Shown in pieces: positions 26,171-35,800 of a stretch of 64,000 nucleotides of DNA. The translations under genes were made by a program, and so were the position numbers. The notes below the pieces were generated by a model. The model did not search any database. It had not been told where the DNA came from and saw only the letters and a program-made list of their open reading frames with translations. The stretch comes from Segetibacter sp. (GTDB lineage Bacteria > Bacteroidota > Bacteroidia > Chitinophagales > Chitinophagaceae), in NCBI GenBank assembly GCA_031373555.1, contig JANMMU010000021.1:74523-138522 (forward strand), written 5' to 3'. Each line of letters opens with the position of its first letter. Position 1 is the first letter of the stretch.

Positions 26171-26236
26171 AAGGTGTTAAGTGTGAGGTGTAAGGTGTTA
26201 ACTATACTTCACACTTTACCCTTCACACCTCACACA
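26171..26236. repeat. Heptad-mirror hairpin (AAGGTGT-type repeats then their complement)
   Basis: AAGGTGT TAAGTGT GAGGTGT AAGGTGT, then an 11-nt turn, then CACACTT TACCCTTC ACACCTC ACACAT. GTGTGAGGTGT (26181-26191) pairs perfectly with ACACCTCACAC (26225-26235). Confidence 0.8.
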
Positions 26237-26244
26237 TATATAAA

Positions 26245-27450
26245 ATGCTTTTTAAAGAAGTTATAGGACAACAGGGGGTAAGGCAACACCTTACAGAAAT
26301 GGTGCAGCAAAACCGTCTTAGCCATGCTTTACTTTTTTTGGGAAAAGAAGGCGTTGGCGCTTTGCCGTTGGCTATGGCCTTTGCTCAATATCTTGTTTGC
26401 GAAAAAGTAAATGGTAAATCAACCAATCAGGCTGCAGCCTCTCTCTTTGCTGATGAACCGGAGGAACTAACCAATGCAACTTTAACTGATGCTTGTGGGG
26501 AGTGTTCAGCATGTCGCAAGGCAAGTCAGATTATACATCCTGACATTCATTTTTCTTACCCTGTTGTTACCAAAAAGGTTGGAGAAAAACCCAAGTCAAC
26601 TGACTTTATAAAAGAATGGAGAGAATTCTTTCTTCAAAAGCCTTACGGCAATGTGTATGATTGGTTACAATTTATAAATGCAGAAAACAAACAAGGCAAC
26701 ATTACAGCAGAGGAATGCAATGATATCATAAGACAACTAAGCCTTAAAAGTTTTGAAAGCGATTATAAACTACTTGTTATGTGGATGCCCGAATACCTGG
26801 GCAACGAAGGGAACAAACTTTTAAAGCTGATAGAAGAACCTCCGCCAAATACCCTTTTTATTTTGGTAGCGGAGAATGAAGATAAAATCCTGCAAACCAT
26901 ACTTAGCCGTACACAGTTGGTAAAAATACCAATGCTTGAAAACAATGACATTGAGCAGGCCCTTATTACCCGAAATGAAACACCGCCTGAACAGGCAAGG
27001 CAAGTTGCAGTGATTGCACAGGGTAATTATCACGAAGCTATGGACCTGCTGCAACATGCCGGAGAAGATTGGTTGCAACTGCTTACCGAGTGGATGACCT
27101 GTACATTCAGGTCGCAGTTTTCTGCTCAACAAAAATGGATAGATGAAGTAGCAAAGCTGGGCAGAGAGAAACAAAAACAATTACTTCAATATTTCAATCA
27201 TCTTATTGAGCAATGCATCAGGTTGCGTATTATGGGCGAAATACACACTTCTTTATCGGAAAAAGAAAAAGATTTTGCAGAAAGGCTAAATAAAATAACA
27301 GGTGTAACTCAACAGCAAGCCTTGCTGACAGAAATGGATAACTGTACCTACTATATAGAAAGAAACGCCAACGCAAAAATGCTCTTTCATGCACTGACTA
27401 TTAAGATGTACCATATTGTTATCAATAAGGTAGTAATGAAGGCAGCTTAA
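26245..27450 (+). CDS. holB: DNA polymerase III delta-prime subunit (clamp-loader AAA+ protein)
   Basis: Begins with the typical FKEVIGQ...L...RLSHALLF...G.G sequence. A Cys cluster (CGECSACRK) and the LLKLIEEPP and SRTQ (sensor) motifs are present. Confidence 0.8.
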   Translation: MLFKEVIGQQGVRQHLTEMVQQNRLSHALLFLGKEGVGALPLAMAFAQYLVCEKVNGKSTNQAAASLFADEPEELTNATLTDACGECSACRKASQIIHPDIHFSYPVVTKKVGEKPKSTDFIKEWREFFLQKPYGNVYDWLQFINAENKQGNITAEECNDIIRQLSLKSFESDYKLLVMWMPEYLGNEGNKLLKLIEEPPPNTLFILVAENEDKILQTILSRTQLVKIPMLENNDIEQALITRNETPPEQARQVAVIAQGNYHEAMDLLQHAGEDWLQLLTEWMTCTFRSQFSAQQKWIDEVAKLGREKQKQLLQYFNHLIEQCIRLRIMGEIHTSLSEKEKDFAERLNKITGVTQQQALLTEMDNCTYYIERNANAKMLFHALTIKMYHIVINKVVMKAA

Positions 27451-27606
27451 GGTTTTAGAAATGAATATTTCTAAAGTATTGACAACAAACATTTTGTTTC
27501 AAATAAGGAACGATGTGTTTATAAAGTTATCGTCAACTTAAGGTTCATTTTTCATTCTGTAAATGGTTGCATAATTTTGGAAATTGTTTGATTGTATTTT
27601 TAACTT

Positions 27607-28245
27607 ATGACCAATTTCATTCCCATCTTTCCATTAGGTATTGTTGTTTTTCCCGGTGAAAAACTGAACCTGCACATTTTTGAACCCAGGTACAAACAGT
27701 TGATAACAGATTGCTTTGCAGAAAGCAAACCTTTTGGTATGCCCACAGTTTTAAAAACCGGAGTAAGCGAATATGGTACACTTTTGGAGGTAAAGGAAAT
27801 AGTAGAAATATACGACGATGGCAAAATGGACATCAGAACTGAAGGCTCGTCAGTGTTTAGAATTTTGGAAATGGTAAAAACATTGCCTGACAAATTATAC
27901 AGCGGAGCCATTGTAAACTATCCGGCCAATAATGAACGTATTCATCAATTGCTCCAAAAGACTGTGGTATCTGCACTTCATGAATTACATATAATCCTTA
28001 ATCTTAAAAAAGATTTCAAAAAGCCCGACGATTTACTTACTTCCTATGACATGGCTCATCATGCAGGCTTATCTGTTGAAGAAGAGTATGAATTTTTGTG
28101 TATTTTTCGGGAAGACCAAAGGCTGGAATACCTTAAGCGACATCTTGCAAAAGTATTGCCGGTAGTAACTGAAATGGAAACACTGAAAGAAAAAATAAAA
28201 CTGAACGGGCATTTTAAAAATTTATCGGGCAATTTTGATATGTGA
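27607..28245 (+). CDS. LON substrate-binding (N-terminal) domain protein
   Basis: IPIFPLGIVVFPGEKLNLHIFEPRYKQLI is the canonical LON_substr_bdg start. At 212 aa it has no ATPase or protease domain. Confidence 0.8.
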   Translation: MTNFIPIFPLGIVVFPGEKLNLHIFEPRYKQLITDCFAESKPFGMPTVLKTGVSEYGTLLEVKEIVEIYDDGKMDIRTEGSSVFRILEMVKTLPDKLYSGAIVNYPANNERIHQLLQKTVVSALHELHIILNLKKDFKKPDDLLTSYDMAHHAGLSVEEEYEFLCIFREDQRLEYLKRHLAKVLPVVTEMETLKEKIKLNGHFKNLSGNFDM

Positions 28246-28487
28246 GAAGTTTAGGGTTTAAGGTGTGAAGAAGTTTAAGGTTTAATGTTTAGTGTTTATG
28301 CGAAGGAGTTTGAAGTTGAAGAAGTTTAGGGTTTAGTGTTTAACTCAACAAAACATCAAAAACTACTTTAGGATAAACCCCAATTACCCTAAATACTAAA
28401 CTCCTAAATTGCAAACCACAATTAATTTCAAACAACAAAACCTAAGTTAAATCCTAAACTCTAAACCCCAATAAACTCTAAACCCTG
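28246..28487. repeat. Mirror-image degenerate heptad repeat region (TTTAGGG-like arm, then CCCTAAA-like arm)
   Basis: The left arm (28248-28343) reads TTTAGGG TTTAAGG ... TTTAAGG TTTAATG TTTAGTG ... TTTGAAG ... TTTAGGG TTTAGTG. The right arm (28370-28487) reads CCCTAAA TACTAAA CTCCTAAA ... TCCTAAA CTCTAAA ... CTCTAAA CCCT. The region fills the whole spacer up to the coaX ATG. Confidence 0.8.
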
Positions 28488-28488
28488 A

Positions 28489-29211
28489 ATGACTACCCTC
28501 TGCCTTGATTTTGGAAATACACGTAAGAAGTATGCCATTTTCATCAATGGAGTTTTTGCCAAAGATGGAGCTATGCAAAACGATTCAGCTGATGAAGTAA
28601 AAAGTTTAATAGAAGAGAACAAGGTTGAAAAATCAATTCTTTCATCGGTCATAAATCATTCAACTGAAATAGAGGATGTTCTTAGTAATCATACATCATT
28701 TCACAAGTTGTCTATAGACAGCAAACTACCTATAACTTCTCCTGTTGGTAAGCCACAAACGATTGGTGCAGACAGGTTAGCCGTAGCAGTAGCAGCCGTT
28801 TCTTTGTTTCCAAAAGAAAATAATCTGGTAATTGTTTTGGGTAGCTGCATCACTTATAATTTTATTAATAAATATCATCAGTTTATTGGCGGCAGCATAT
28901 CGCCGGGTATGGAAATGCGGTTCAAATCATTGGAGCATTATACAGCCAAACTGCCCTATGTACAGGCCGAGTGGAATTTCCCGTTGATGGGTTATGATAC
29001 CAAAACAAATATTCAAAGCGGGGTTATCCATGGCATTTCCAATGAAATTGATGGTGTTATAAGATTATATAAAGAAAAATTCAACAAGTTTAACGTCCAT
29101 TTAACCGGGGGTGACACTGCCTTTTTTGGTTCGCTACTTAAAAACAAGATATTTGCAGACCCTTATCTAATTTATAAAGGTCTCTATGCAATCAGTGAGT
29201 ACAATCAATAA
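28489..29211 (+). CDS. coaX: Type III pantothenate kinase
   Basis: LCLDFGNTRKKYAIF (phosphate-1 motif DxGNT), the GADRL motif and a C-terminal TGG motif (HLTGGDTAFF). 240 aa. Confidence 0.9.
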   Translation: MTTLCLDFGNTRKKYAIFINGVFAKDGAMQNDSADEVKSLIEENKVEKSILSSVINHSTEIEDVLSNHTSFHKLSIDSKLPITSPVGKPQTIGADRLAVAVAAVSLFPKENNLVIVLGSCITYNFINKYHQFIGGSISPGMEMRFKSLEHYTAKLPYVQAEWNFPLMGYDTKTNIQSGVIHGISNEIDGVIRLYKEKFNKFNVHLTGGDTAFFGSLLKNKIFADPYLIYKGLYAISEYNQ

Positions 29212-30532
29212 ATCAAAGCTTTACTTTCTCTCAATTTTTTTAATAGTTTCTTTTTTAGGAAATGCTCAGGAAAATTCACCTTTTTCCAGGTATGGTTTAG
29301 GTGACCTTGTTCCTTCGCAAAATATTGTGAACAGGGCTATGGGAGGCTTCAACAGCACATATTCTTCTTTACAAAGCGTAAATTTTTCCAATCCTGCCAG
29401 TTATTCACATTTTGTGTTTGTCAATTACGATATTGGAATTACACTAGATAGTCGTTCACTAAGAAGTGCAAATCCCGTTCAGAAATACAACTCGGTAAAT
29501 TTAACCCCATCTTACGTGGCATTGGGTGTTCCTTTGAGTTCTCCCTTTAAAAAGAACAGAGTCGGACTTGCTTTTGGGTTAATGCCCCTTACTAAAGTCA
29601 ATTACAATATCAACGATAGGAAGATAATCAACAACGGTAAAGACAGTATTCTTTCTTTATACGAAGGTGATGGTGGATTGTATCAGGGTTTTGTAGGTAT
29701 TGCAAAAAATTGGGGTGGTTTAAGTTTGGGTATCAATACCGGTTTATTGTTTGGCAGAAAGGACATAGTAACAAGAACAATAGTAGTTGATACCTTCCTG
29801 ACTTATAAATCCAATTCAAGTGACAATACCTCTTTCAATCATTTGTACCTGAATTTTGGTTTGCAATATGAAGACACTATAAGAAAGTCAACCACTATTA
29901 AATTTGGTTTTTCCGGCAACATGAAACAAAAACTTTCAGCCAACAAAATCATCAACCGCGAAACTTATACTTACGACCTTAACGATAATCCAATTACTAT
30001 TGACAGTATTTACAACTCCGGCAATCAATCAGGAACAATAACCCTACCTGCATCATACACCGCTGGTGTTAGTATTGGTCAAATTGGTAATGACAAAGGG
30101 GCTTCATACCAAAAAAGCATGATTGGTATTGAGTACACAACTTCTAAATGGTCACAATTTAGAAATTTTGGCGAACCCGACAGGCTTGTCAATAGCTGGC
30201 AGACACGAATAGGTGGTCAAATAACACCTAAAGTTTTATCTGGTAAAAGCTATTGGAGCTTAGTAACTTACAGGGCAGGCTTTTACTTTGGTAAAGAAGC
30301 CGTTAATGCAGATGGTAATGATTTGCCAATTTATGGTATTACTATTGGTGCAGGTCTCCCAATAATAAATAAAAATCGCTATTGGGGGAATAGTGAGTCA
30401 ACGGTATTAAACACTACTTTTGAAATAGGCAAAAGAGGGAATAGCAAAAATAATATCACAGAGAGTTTCTTTAGGTTTGCTGTTAGTGTAAACCTTAGCG
30501 ATCGTTGGTTTATAAAACGTAAATATGATTAG
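29186..30532 (+). CDS. Putative outer-membrane beta-barrel protein (conserved neighbour of lptC in Bacteroidota)
   Basis: Signal peptide (FLIVSFLGNAQE), a SPFSRYGLGD start typical of porin-like OMPs, and alternating beta-strand pattern throughout. Overlaps coaX at its 5' end and the lptC-like ORF at its 3' end. Confidence 0.55.
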   Translation: MQSVSTINKSKLYFLSIFLIVSFLGNAQENSPFSRYGLGDLVPSQNIVNRAMGGFNSTYSSLQSVNFSNPASYSHFVFVNYDIGITLDSRSLRSANPVQKYNSVNLTPSYVALGVPLSSPFKKNRVGLAFGLMPLTKVNYNINDRKIINNGKDSILSLYEGDGGLYQGFVGIAKNWGGLSLGINTGLLFGRKDIVTRTIVVDTFLTYKSNSSDNTSFNHLYLNFGLQYEDTIRKSTTIKFGFSGNMKQKLSANKIINRETYTYDLNDNPITIDSIYNSGNQSGTITLPASYTAGVSIGQIGNDKGASYQKSMIGIEYTTSKWSQFRNFGEPDRLVNSWQTRIGGQITPKVLSGKSYWSLVTYRAGFYFGKEAVNADGNDLPIYGITIGAGLPIINKNRYWGNSESTVLNTTFEIGKRGNSKNNITESFFRFAVSVNLSDRWFIKRKYD

Positions 30533-31100
30533 GCACATTTTTCATGAATACAAAATATTGGCAGCCCTATTTACAGGCTGCTTTTTTGTTTTTTCGTGTG
30601 AAAATGATATCAATAAAGTAAGAAACCTTAACAAAAAATCGGTCGGTATAGAGGAGGGTAAACAAATAGAGAGTTACCTAAGTCAGAGTGGAAAGGTGAA
30701 AGCCAAACTAATGGCACCGGTTATGTTGCGCTATCTTTTAGATACCCCAAAAGTGGTTTTTCCAAAAACATTAAGAGTAGACTTTTTTAACGACAGCACT
30801 AAGCTTGACAGTAAACTATTTGCCAAATATGGTCAGTATCTTGAGAATGACAACAAAGTATTTTTAAAGGACAGCGTTGTAGTATTCAATGTTACAGGCG
30901 ATACATTATTCTGCCAGGAGTTATATTGGGATCAGGTAAAAGCAATTTTTTATACCGAAAAAAATGTCATCATCCATAAGCCTGACCAAAAGGTATATGG
31001 CAACGGCTTAATAGCTGACCAAAGTTTTAAATGGTTTACAATTAAACACCCGCACAACAGTTTTTTGAAGATTGCAGACAGTTCTTTTATAGGGCAATAA
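30525..31100 (+). CDS. lptC: LPS export periplasmic protein LptC-like
   Basis: 191 aa with an N-terminal anchor ending in Cys (FVFSCEND), then a beta-jellyroll-like sequence. Size, position after coaX and the late segment (YWDQVKAIFYTEKNVIIHKPDQ..GNGL) fit LptC of Bacteroidota. Confidence 0.6.
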   Translation: MIRHIFHEYKILAALFTGCFFVFSCENDINKVRNLNKKSVGIEEGKQIESYLSQSGKVKAKLMAPVMLRYLLDTPKVVFPKTLRVDFFNDSTKLDSKLFAKYGQYLENDNKVFLKDSVVVFNVTGDTLFCQELYWDQVKAIFYTEKNVIIHKPDQKVYGNGLIADQSFKWFTIKHPHNSFLKIADSSFIGQ

Positions 31101-31105
31101 ACACC

Positions 31106-31858
31106 TTATTTTTTAGGTCGGTTTAATTGTTTTTCAAAGAACATCCAAAATGGCCTTGGTCTTTTCTTTATAGTATAGTTGCCACTGATGTAGGTGGTTA
31201 TATGATCCATGGCTTCATCATAATTATCAGTAAGTAGTACCAATTGCAAATCAGCTTCGCTAATAGTTTTTTCTTTGGAAAGAAAAGTCATGTAATCCAT
31301 CAGCGGCTGGTAATATTCTTTTCCATACAATACTATGGGGAACTGTGTTATGGTCTTGGTTTGTACAAGTGTAAGTGTTTCAAAAAACTCATCCATAGTA
31401 CCAAACCCACCGGGCATAATGATAAATGCATAAGAGTATTTAACCAGCATTGTTTTACGCACAAAGAAATGCTTGAACGTGAGTGAAGTATTTACATAAA
31501 GGTTTTCCTTTTGCTCAAACGGAAGCTGAATATTGCAGCCTACAGAATACCCTCCGTTTTCATAAGCACCACGGTTGGCGGCTTCCATGACACCCGGCCC
31601 ACCACCTGTTATTGTTGTAAAACCGATTTCTGCTATTCGTTTACCAAACATTCTGGCGGCTTCATAATACTTGTGGCCTTCCTGAAAACGGGCAGAACCA
31701 AACACTGTAATGCATGGACCTATATAGTGCAGCTTTCTTACTGCAGTAATCATTTGCCAAAAAACTTTTAAGGCAAAGACTAACTCTTGTGTACGGCTTT
31801 TAGGGCCTTCGAGATATTCCTCTACACGGTTCGAAATAATTTTTTTTGTTTTAGCCAT
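31106..31858 (-). CDS. LOG family / TIGR00730 Rossmann-fold nucleotide-binding protein
   Basis: GGGPGVMEAANRGA and PGGFGTMDEFFE motifs. The ATG at 31858 is preferred to the TTG at 31876. Confidence 0.85.
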   Translation of the reverse strand: MAKTKKIISNRVEEYLEGPKSRTQELVFALKVFWQMITAVRKLHYIGPCITVFGSARFQEGHKYYEAARMFGKRIAEIGFTTITGGGPGVMEAANRGAYENGGYSVGCNIQLPFEQKENLYVNTSLTFKHFFVRKTMLVKYSYAFIIMPGGFGTMDEFFETLTLVQTKTITQFPIVLYGKEYYQPLMDYMTFLSKEKTISEADLQLVLLTDNYDEAMDHITTYISGNYTIKKRPRPFWMFFEKQLNRPKK

Positions 31859-32071
31859 GGGGGTTAAGGTTTTCAATTGTTTTATTCGTACAAATGAACC
31901 TATGCCGTTTAGTTAACAAATGGTAGAAAAAGCTGAATAATATTACCCAAAAGTACAAGTGTGCGACGCCACCGGAGTTGCACAAAATACCTTATGCCGG
32001 GACAATAAGAAACCGCTTATCTAAACGGCATTGACAAATGAACCACTAAATTGCAGTATTAAATTGTGAAT

Positions 32072-32839
32072 ATGCGTATTATTTCTTACAACGTAAACGG
32101 AATCAGAAGTGCAATTAAAAAAGGTTTTATAGATTGGCTTGCTACCAAACCGGCAGACATTATTTGTCTTCAGGAAGCAAAAGCGCAATTCAGCGATATA
32201 GATATAGCTTCAATTGAAAGGGCCGGATATAAGAGCCATTGGTTTTGTGCACAAAAGAAAGGTTATAGTGGTGTAGGTATTTTGTCTATAAAAATGCCCG
32301 ACACTGTTGTTTGTGGAAATAGCATTGAACAAAGCGATTTTGAAGGCCGTGTTATTCGTGCAGATTTTGGCGATGTTACTATCATCAATGCATATTTTCC
32401 ATCCGGTACAATAGGTGAGTTGAGACAAACCTATAAATATCAATGGCTCGATGAATTTCTGGAGTATCTTAATGAATTACGAAAAAGCAGACCCCAACTT
32501 ATTATCTGTGGGGACTATAATATTGCTCATAAAGAAATAGACATACACAGCCCTAAAACCAATAAAAAAACCAGCGGATTTTTACCAGAAGAAAGAGCAT
32601 GGTTCGATCAGTTTTTAGAAAATGGATATGTGGATGGATTCAGAGAGGTGAACAAAGAACCACATCAATATACATGGTGGAACCAACTAAGACCAAGCAT
32701 TAGGGAGGAAAACAAAGGATGGCGCATTGATTACATTAGCGTTACCGAAAACTTAAGAAAATTTATAAAAGATGCAAAAGTGTATCCAATGGTGAAGCAT
32801 AGCGACCACTGTCCGGTTTATTTAGAAATAAAATTATAA
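32072..32839 (+). CDS. xth: Exodeoxyribonuclease III
   Basis: MRIISYNVNGIRS..., CLQE, GDYNIAH and SDHCPV motifs of the EEP/ExoIII family. The ATG at 32072 is preferred to the GTG at 32066. Confidence 0.92.
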   Translation: MRIISYNVNGIRSAIKKGFIDWLATKPADIICLQEAKAQFSDIDIASIERAGYKSHWFCAQKKGYSGVGILSIKMPDTVVCGNSIEQSDFEGRVIRADFGDVTIINAYFPSGTIGELRQTYKYQWLDEFLEYLNELRKSRPQLIICGDYNIAHKEIDIHSPKTNKKTSGFLPEERAWFDQFLENGYVDGFREVNKEPHQYTWWNQLRPSIREENKGWRIDYISVTENLRKFIKDAKVYPMVKHSDHCPVYLEIKL

Positions 32840-33430
32840 ATCACCATCTAATGCTTTTATTAATCTGGCATCTAATGGAGAAATGCCGGAACCGAAAATG
32901 TAAGTTAGTTTACCATTTTCATCTATCAGGTATTTTGTAAAATTCCATGCAGGTTGGTAATTATTCCATCCGTTTAGAAATTCATGGGTAAGCCATTCAA
33001 AAACTTTGTTTTGAACATTTGTTTTACGGACACTTGTTTTTTCAATCAAATTATACCCAACCTGAAAATTTATTGAACAAAAAGTAGCAATTTCTTCATT
33101 GCTTCCTGTTTCCTGTTCTTTAAAGTCGTTAGATGGAAAAGCTATAATACATAACTTGTCTTTAAACTGCTCATGAAGCGTTTGTAATTCACCCAATTGA
33201 GGGGTATAGCCGCAATCTGTTGCCGTATTTACAATAAGGACTTTTTTGCCCTTAAACTGACTAAAATTTATTGTTTGACCATTAATTTTTTTAGCCTCGA
33301 GTGAATAAAAAGATACAGGAATAATTATATGAGGGGGGCTCTTAATCATTTGATTGTTCAGGCGAATCAACTTCCCCCCATTTATTAATGCAGGATAAAA
33401 TGTATTCAGTAACTTTTGACGAAATGTCAT
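32834..33430 (-). CDS. Glutathione peroxidase (Cys type), second paralog
   Basis: NTATDCGYTPQL, FPSNDFKEQETG and WNFTKYLI motifs, with a ~45-aa N-terminal extension. Confidence 0.85.
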   Translation of the reverse strand: MTFRQKLLNTFYPALINGGKLIRLNNQMIKSPPHIIIPVSFYSLEAKKINGQTINFSQFKGKKVLIVNTATDCGYTPQLGELQTLHEQFKDKLCIIAFPSNDFKEQETGSNEEIATFCSINFQVGYNLIEKTSVRKTNVQNKVFEWLTHEFLNGWNNYQPAWNFTKYLIDENGKLTYIFGSGISPLDARLIKALDGDL

Positions 33431-33533
33431 TTAGGTAAAATTTTTTCTTATTTGTTCAGGCCAACAAAGTATAGACACTGTTTTTTTGTTTTTGTTGCAA
33501 ATATCACTAAACTTCATGCCATAAATTATTGAA

Positions 33534-33977
33534 ATGCAATATGATGACAATTATTTTATGGAGCAGGCTATAGAGCAGGCAAAAGATGCCTATGATGAAG
33601 ATGAGGTGCCAATAGGTGCTATATTGGTAATGAATAATAAAATTATAGCCCGTGCACATAACCAGGTCGAACAACTAAAAGATCCTACCGCACATGCTGA
33701 ATTGCTTGCTATAACTGCTGCATGCAACGGCCTGGGATCAAAATACCTGCCCGAAGCCACCCTATATGTTACAGTAGAACCCTGCCACATGTGTGCAGGG
33801 GCAATTTATTGGAGTAAAGTAAAAAGGGTAGTTTTTGGAACTGCTGACCCAAAACAAGGGTATCAGCATTTTTGTGGTAACAAAAGCCCATTTCACCCAA
33901 AAACTGAAATAACTTCAGGAATATTAGCAAACGAAAGCCTTCTGTTAATGAAAAACTTTTTTAAACAAAAAAGATAG
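33534..33977 (+). CDS. tadA: tRNA adenosine(34) deaminase
   Basis: HAE (HAELLAI) and PCxxC (EPCHMCAGA) zinc-binding motifs. 147 aa. Confidence 0.92.
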   Translation: MQYDDNYFMEQAIEQAKDAYDEDEVPIGAILVMNNKIIARAHNQVEQLKDPTAHAELLAITAACNGLGSKYLPEATLYVTVEPCHMCAGAIYWSKVKRVVFGTADPKQGYQHFCGNKSPFHPKTEITSGILANESLLLMKNFFKQKR

Positions 33978-34149
33978 ACTTTCCCGGTCGATACAGTTTT
34001 CTGTTAAAACACCGTTATTACAATACAAGATAATCTGAAAGAAATGAAAGCCAAATTGTTAATGTAGCCGTACATTCATTTATCATTATCATTCACTTTT
34101 TATATTTACAGACTTTAAAAATTATTATCAGGATCACCTCCTTTTTTGA

Positions 34150-35610
34150 ATGCATACTTTTACGAGAATATTTATTGTTTTTTTTGTATTGATAATTTGC
34201 GGGGTAAATATCCAATCGTATAGTCAGATAATTGAAAAAGCTCCTTCTTCTCCTGTGGCTGTTGATACTATTGCTTCAGGGGGGCAAGGAGGGGTTTCGG
34301 TTCAGGTAAATGATATTTTTCTTTCAGGCTACAAACGCACTAAGCCTTATATCATATTACGTGAAGTGCCTTTTAAAAAAGGCGAGAAACTTACTGTGCC
34401 TGAACTCAATAAAAAGTTAAGATTGTGCAAACAACAACTTATCTATACCGCTTTGTTTGTAGATGTAGAAGTGACTCCGTTAAAAGTGGATAGTGCCCAT
34501 GTTTTTATTTATATTCAGGTAAAGGAACGTTGGTACCTTTTCCCCATACCGTATTTCAAAATTGTAAGCCGAAATTTTAATACCTGGTGGTATGAGCAAA
34601 ATCATAGCCTTCAAAGAGTGGAATATGGATTGAAGTTTCAACAAAACAATGCTACGGGCAGAAATGATAACCTCAATCTATGGTTTATAAATGGTTATAC
34701 ACAACAGATGAGTTTAAGGTACGATAATCCTAACATGGGTAAAAGCCTGCAGCATGGTTTCAATATAGGTTTTGGCTTTCGCCGAAACCGAGAGTTGAAT
34801 TATGACATGGATTCTGCACTTCCAAATAAATGGGGCTTTTATAAAGAGGAAGACAGGTTTCTCATAACACAAGGCTATATTGATTTTACCTATACCTACA
34901 GACCTGCCATACGTACACGTCATTCAATAAAAGCAGGTTATGGCAGCTATAGTGTTGATTCATCAGTGGTAAAATTAAATCCTGATTACTTTGGTAAATC
35001 AGCAACCCGAATCCGTTATTTCGATATCGGATATAGTATTTCCTATGCCAATCTTGATTATAGTCCTTATCCCATGAAAGGCTTTGCCGGTGAAGTACAA
35101 ATAGAAAATAGGTTTGGGAAAAATTCAAACTATTTACAGTTAACTGCCCGAAGCAATAACTGCTTTAAGTTGGGCAGGCAATCCTCATTTCAATTGCAAA
35201 GTGTGGGTATAATAAGATCCCCTTTTAATCAACCTTATGTCAACAATTCCCTTATGGGTTCTGCTGATATTTATATGCGGGGACTTGAGTATTATGTTGT
35301 ACAAGGTGTTGCAGGGGGTATTGCAAGAGGGACTATCAGAAATGAATTACTCTCGTTTAATGTATTGAATCCCTTCAAAAGCAAATCACATGATAAAATA
35401 CCCTTTAGATTATTTATAAAAGCCTACGGCGATTTGGGTTATTCTTATCTGCCAAACCCAGGCATTAGTGTTTTAAACAACAAGCTATTGAGAACATGGG
35501 GACTGGGTGTAGATATCATAACATTTTATGACGTAGTCATTAGATTTGAATACACCTATAATCAATTGGGTGAGCGTGATTTGTTCTTTCATAACCAAAC
35601 TGATTGGTAG
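34150..35610 (+). CDS. BamA/TamA-family outer-membrane protein (POTRA plus surface-antigen barrel)
   Basis: Signal peptide, then a POTRA-like segment (VNDIFLSGYKRTKPYIILREVPFKKGEKLT...L). The C-terminal beta-barrel ends in an aromatic-rich tail (..FFHNQTDW). Confidence 0.7.
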   Translation: MHTFTRIFIVFFVLIICGVNIQSYSQIIEKAPSSPVAVDTIASGGQGGVSVQVNDIFLSGYKRTKPYIILREVPFKKGEKLTVPELNKKLRLCKQQLIYTALFVDVEVTPLKVDSAHVFIYIQVKERWYLFPIPYFKIVSRNFNTWWYEQNHSLQRVEYGLKFQQNNATGRNDNLNLWFINGYTQQMSLRYDNPNMGKSLQHGFNIGFGFRRNRELNYDMDSALPNKWGFYKEEDRFLITQGYIDFTYTYRPAIRTRHSIKAGYGSYSVDSSVVKLNPDYFGKSATRIRYFDIGYSISYANLDYSPYPMKGFAGEVQIENRFGKNSNYLQLTARSNNCFKLGRQSSFQLQSVGIIRSPFNQPYVNNSLMGSADIYMRGLEYYVVQGVAGGIARGTIRNELLSFNVLNPFKSKSHDKIPFRLFIKAYGDLGYSYLPNPGISVLNNKLLRTWGLGVDIITFYDVVIRFEYTYNQLGERDLFFHNQTDW

Positions 35611-35696
35611 TTTTTTTTGTTGAAATACATTTTTTAGAAATAAAAACAGCTTGTTTTCTGCTATTATAAAAAGGGGGTGAAAAAAAATGGATTGAC

Positions 35697-35800
35697 GTAA
35701 AATAATCATCCTTGTAAATCAAAAGTTTAATTTTTGATTTACAAGGATGATAAACGTAGATAAATTCAAATTCAATCATTTATAATTTCATTTTAGCTTT
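35697..35800. repeat. Direct repeat L flanking the ATPase gene, with a perfect 20-bp hairpin
   Basis: ATCATCCTTGTAAATCAAAA (35705-35724) pairs perfectly with TTTTGATTTACAAGGATGAT (35732-35751). The following ...AAACGTAGATAAATTCAAATTCAATCATTTATAATTTCATTTT is shared with repeat R. The repeat overlaps the ATPase stop codon (35788-35790). Confidence 0.85.

Noticed and set aside
28246-28487. Could the repeat-rich spacer be a CRISPR array or a telomere-like sequence (TTTAGGG units)?
   Set aside because: The units are only 7 nt, degenerate and contiguous, with no repeat-spacer periodicity and no cas genes in the window. The TTTAGGG resemblance to plant telomeres is coincidental, since this is an internal spacer between two ordinary bacterial genes.
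25603-33430. Possible selenocysteine (TGA) recoding in the two glutathione peroxidase genes.
   Set aside because: Both active sites are encoded by ordinary Cys codons (…SQCGYT… and …TDCGYT…) with no in-frame TGA, so no SECIS element is expected.
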